Translations under genes and position numbers: made by a program
The notes under the pieces: generated by a model
What the model saw: the letters and a program-made list of their open reading frames with translations, nothing else
Databases searched by the model: none
Told to the model about the DNA's origin: nothing
In this document: positions 61,467 through 64,000 of the stretch, piece after piece
Position numbering within the stretch: the stretch's first letter is position 1
How the letters are laid out: the number at the start of each line of letters is the position of its first letter
Source: Octopus sinensis
Taxonomy: Eukaryota
Length of the DNA: 64,000 nucleotides
Reading direction: 5' to 3'
NCBI RefSeq assembly: GCF_006345805.1
Contig: NC_043007.1
Span: 61,256,001 to 61,320,000, forward strand

Positions 61467-64000
61467 CTGTAACAGAAATAGAATAAACAATAATTATTTT
61501 TACAATTGATCCATTTTTATTTCTCCAAATTTTGTTGATAAAATCCATATTTGCAAACCCCTCTATTTCTTTTCACTGAATTCGTTTACTCAGATTTCTA
61601 CATTGGTAGCCCATGGTTGTTGAGCAAACTAAGTTTTGGCTTACTGATGAATATATCTTTTAAAAATATTTTCACAAGGATTAAAAATTGCAAATACAGG
61701 AATAAAATATTTATAGCGATTTTACCAGCTAAAGAGAAGAGTTCAAACAATGTTGAAGCTTCAAATCTTTTCATTGATATGAAGTTAGAGAACAACTGTA
61801 TCTACAAAAGTGGCAATGATTAGAACATTTTTATTACAAATGGGCTTAAAAGCCTCACTCTGTGCAGGGCTAATTGGGCCTGTGCCCCAAAACTAAACAG
61901 AGTTAATAGCATGACTATAATATGTCTATAATGACTATATGTTCTTGTGGTGTTTGATCAGAGGTTGAGGACGGTGGAAAATTAATTCTGTAATGCAATC
62001 ATTCTATTGTTCCACTCCCAAGTTGAATTCCAACTGTTGGCCAATTTGTCCCAAAGTTCTTATCTCAATGTAAAATTAATGAAGTGAATGTCATTTATCT
62101 CCCCCTTGATCTCTGAAGTCATCTGACAAATGCTACCAAGATGGAGTGAATCAGCCAAGCTTTACCTGCTAGAAATAGCAACTGAAATATTTTAAAATCA
62201 GATCCCAATGCTGGATGTTCAAAAACCAAATGAGGAACAGATTTTCAATCCTGGGATCATCCTGATTCCAAAAAGGTATAATATGTCTATGTAGAGCAAA
62301 TGTAGGCTGAGATACAGGGGTCCCAGATGGACAGAGAGAATTTCGCATTAATATAGACCAAAAGTTCTCAATAGGGGCCATATACCCCACCCCCAGGGGA
62401 TGGGAGTTTGGAGCTCGAGGGGGCGTTTTGAAGGGGCACGGGGGGGGGGGCGTTTAGAGACTTGGGGGCACTAGGGGGTCACTGGAAGACCCTTGTACGA
62501 GTATTAGCTATATTTTCATATCTCTGTGACAGTTTAAAAAACCATGCCTTTTTGTTTCAAAATTTCAAAAACTTACAAAAAACACTTTTTCCAATTTGAC
62601 GACATGAAGCAAATTCCCAGTACCATGTGTAACTGGTGTAACTAAAGTGAAACCTCCAAAACAAAAATAAAAACTAAAAACAGATAAATAGTGACATGGT
62701 TAAAAGAAAAAAGGAATGAATAAAAACGAAATGCTGAATGTGTGTGTGTGTGTCTGTGTGTGCGCAAATATATAAAGAATAGTGGTCAGAATTTTGGATC
62801 AAAACTAGCTTTTGGGAGTGGCTGATAGGTAAGTATTTGTGTATGTGTGTGTATGTATGGGTATGTTTGTATGTATATGACTGTGTATTGCCATTTTGAA
62901 TTGGCCCCTGGCTATTAAAGACCCAATCATACTCACACACACACACACACACGCATTTGTTTTAGGTTTTGTACCCATTTGAACTGCAGCTATACACCAG
63001 ATAACATGGTTAAAGTCTTATGTTCTGAAATATAAATTTTGAATTTGTTTTAATTATAAAATTAACCCCAGCTAAAAGCATATCTTTTGGCTTTGGAAAA
63101 TAGAACCTTTTCTTTCTCTTTCTATATTTTTTGTTACGTTAGAATTTCCCTGTTTTGATCAGGATTTTCCAATTTTCTGTATCAAACAATGAACAGAGGC
63201 ATTAAAAATATTAAATTCAGAGCCAAATAAAATCAAAAATGTTAATTGTAATCGTAATGATGGAGAGGAGTAAACATTTTCCCCTTCCTTAATACTAACA
63301 AGAGCATAGTATGAGGGAGATTTGGATGTTATTTTTAGCAAATTGAACAACCACACAGAGAGTACCTCATTTGTTGATGTGTATAAGTAAACAAAAACTA
63401 AAGGAAAAACAGCACCTTCACACTTCATTCATTCCACTCTCCGTTCTTTTGTTCCCACTCTCTCACATTTCTTGGCCTTCTCTTCATTCTCACCTTCCCC
63501 CTCTTTCACTTCACTCTGTCCCTTTCATTTTTTCTTGTTTCTTGTTTCTTTTTTTCTCGCCACTCCTTAATTCTTCTCTCCCTCTGCCACTACCGCTCTC
63601 TCTTCTCTCCCCACATGACCAGTGTTCGGCCAAGCCTGACCTTTCTTTCTTGGTTCGACTGCCATCCGTGCAACATTTATATTTCTCCCTGTGCCTGTCA
63701 AATCATATGTCCCTGCCATAAGGCTTTACTTCCACACATGCCAGCTTAATTTAATTCATTCTTAGTCGAAAGACACCCGTTGTTAATGTCCTGTTATTTG
63801 TATTTGTGTACCATTTCTCCGTTTTTTTTCTGTCCTTGTTTTCGTATACATTCGCTGCTTTCTTCCAAGGAATCTAGTGCTCTTTGCTTAGTTTTTTCGT
63901 GGGGCTGGCCAGATTGGAGCAATCTCGAGTACAACCAGCCAAAATTGCAAAGATAATCTGGAACTCAACTAAGGAAAGAAAACTCCGAATGACCCGTCCT

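Noticed and set aside
63960-64000. CTAAGGA...CGAAT...GTC hammerhead-like string at the window end
   Set aside because: The core has two mismatches and no GAAA, and the element is truncated by the window edge.

Overview
AT-rich eukaryotic genomic DNA, rich in microsatellites and retroposons. The repeat families and gene structure suggest a coleoid cephalopod, probably Octopus (inference). Two spliced genes sit head-to-head with start codons 377 bp apart. DNAAF3 is on the minus strand: 12 coding exons from 23483 down to 844, continuing off the left edge. CWF19L1 is on the plus strand and complete: 15 coding exons, 23861-55927, 521 aa. CWF19L1 intron 11 has a minor-spliceosome (U12) donor and branch point but ends in AA, giving a non-canonical AT-AA intron. 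Introns hold decayed mariner, Tc1, pogo/Tigger, hAT, Helitron, Gypsy, RTE and R4-like fragments plus several SINE families. The most unusual signal is a set of short non-coding elements, mostly inserted at (TA)n tracts, that combine inverted repeats with minimal type-I hammerhead ribozyme motifs with palindromic stem III. These occur near 7.7k, 31.9k, 34.5k, 39.1k, 40.1k, 41.9k/42.9k, 54.2k and 60.1k, and two related copies show compensatory base changes in stem II. Long intronic fold-backs, a near-identical 1.04-kb tandem duplication and a candidate 3' end of a third, convergent gene (60.5-61.5k) are also present. Most of the supplied ORFs are microsatellite or SINE artefacts.
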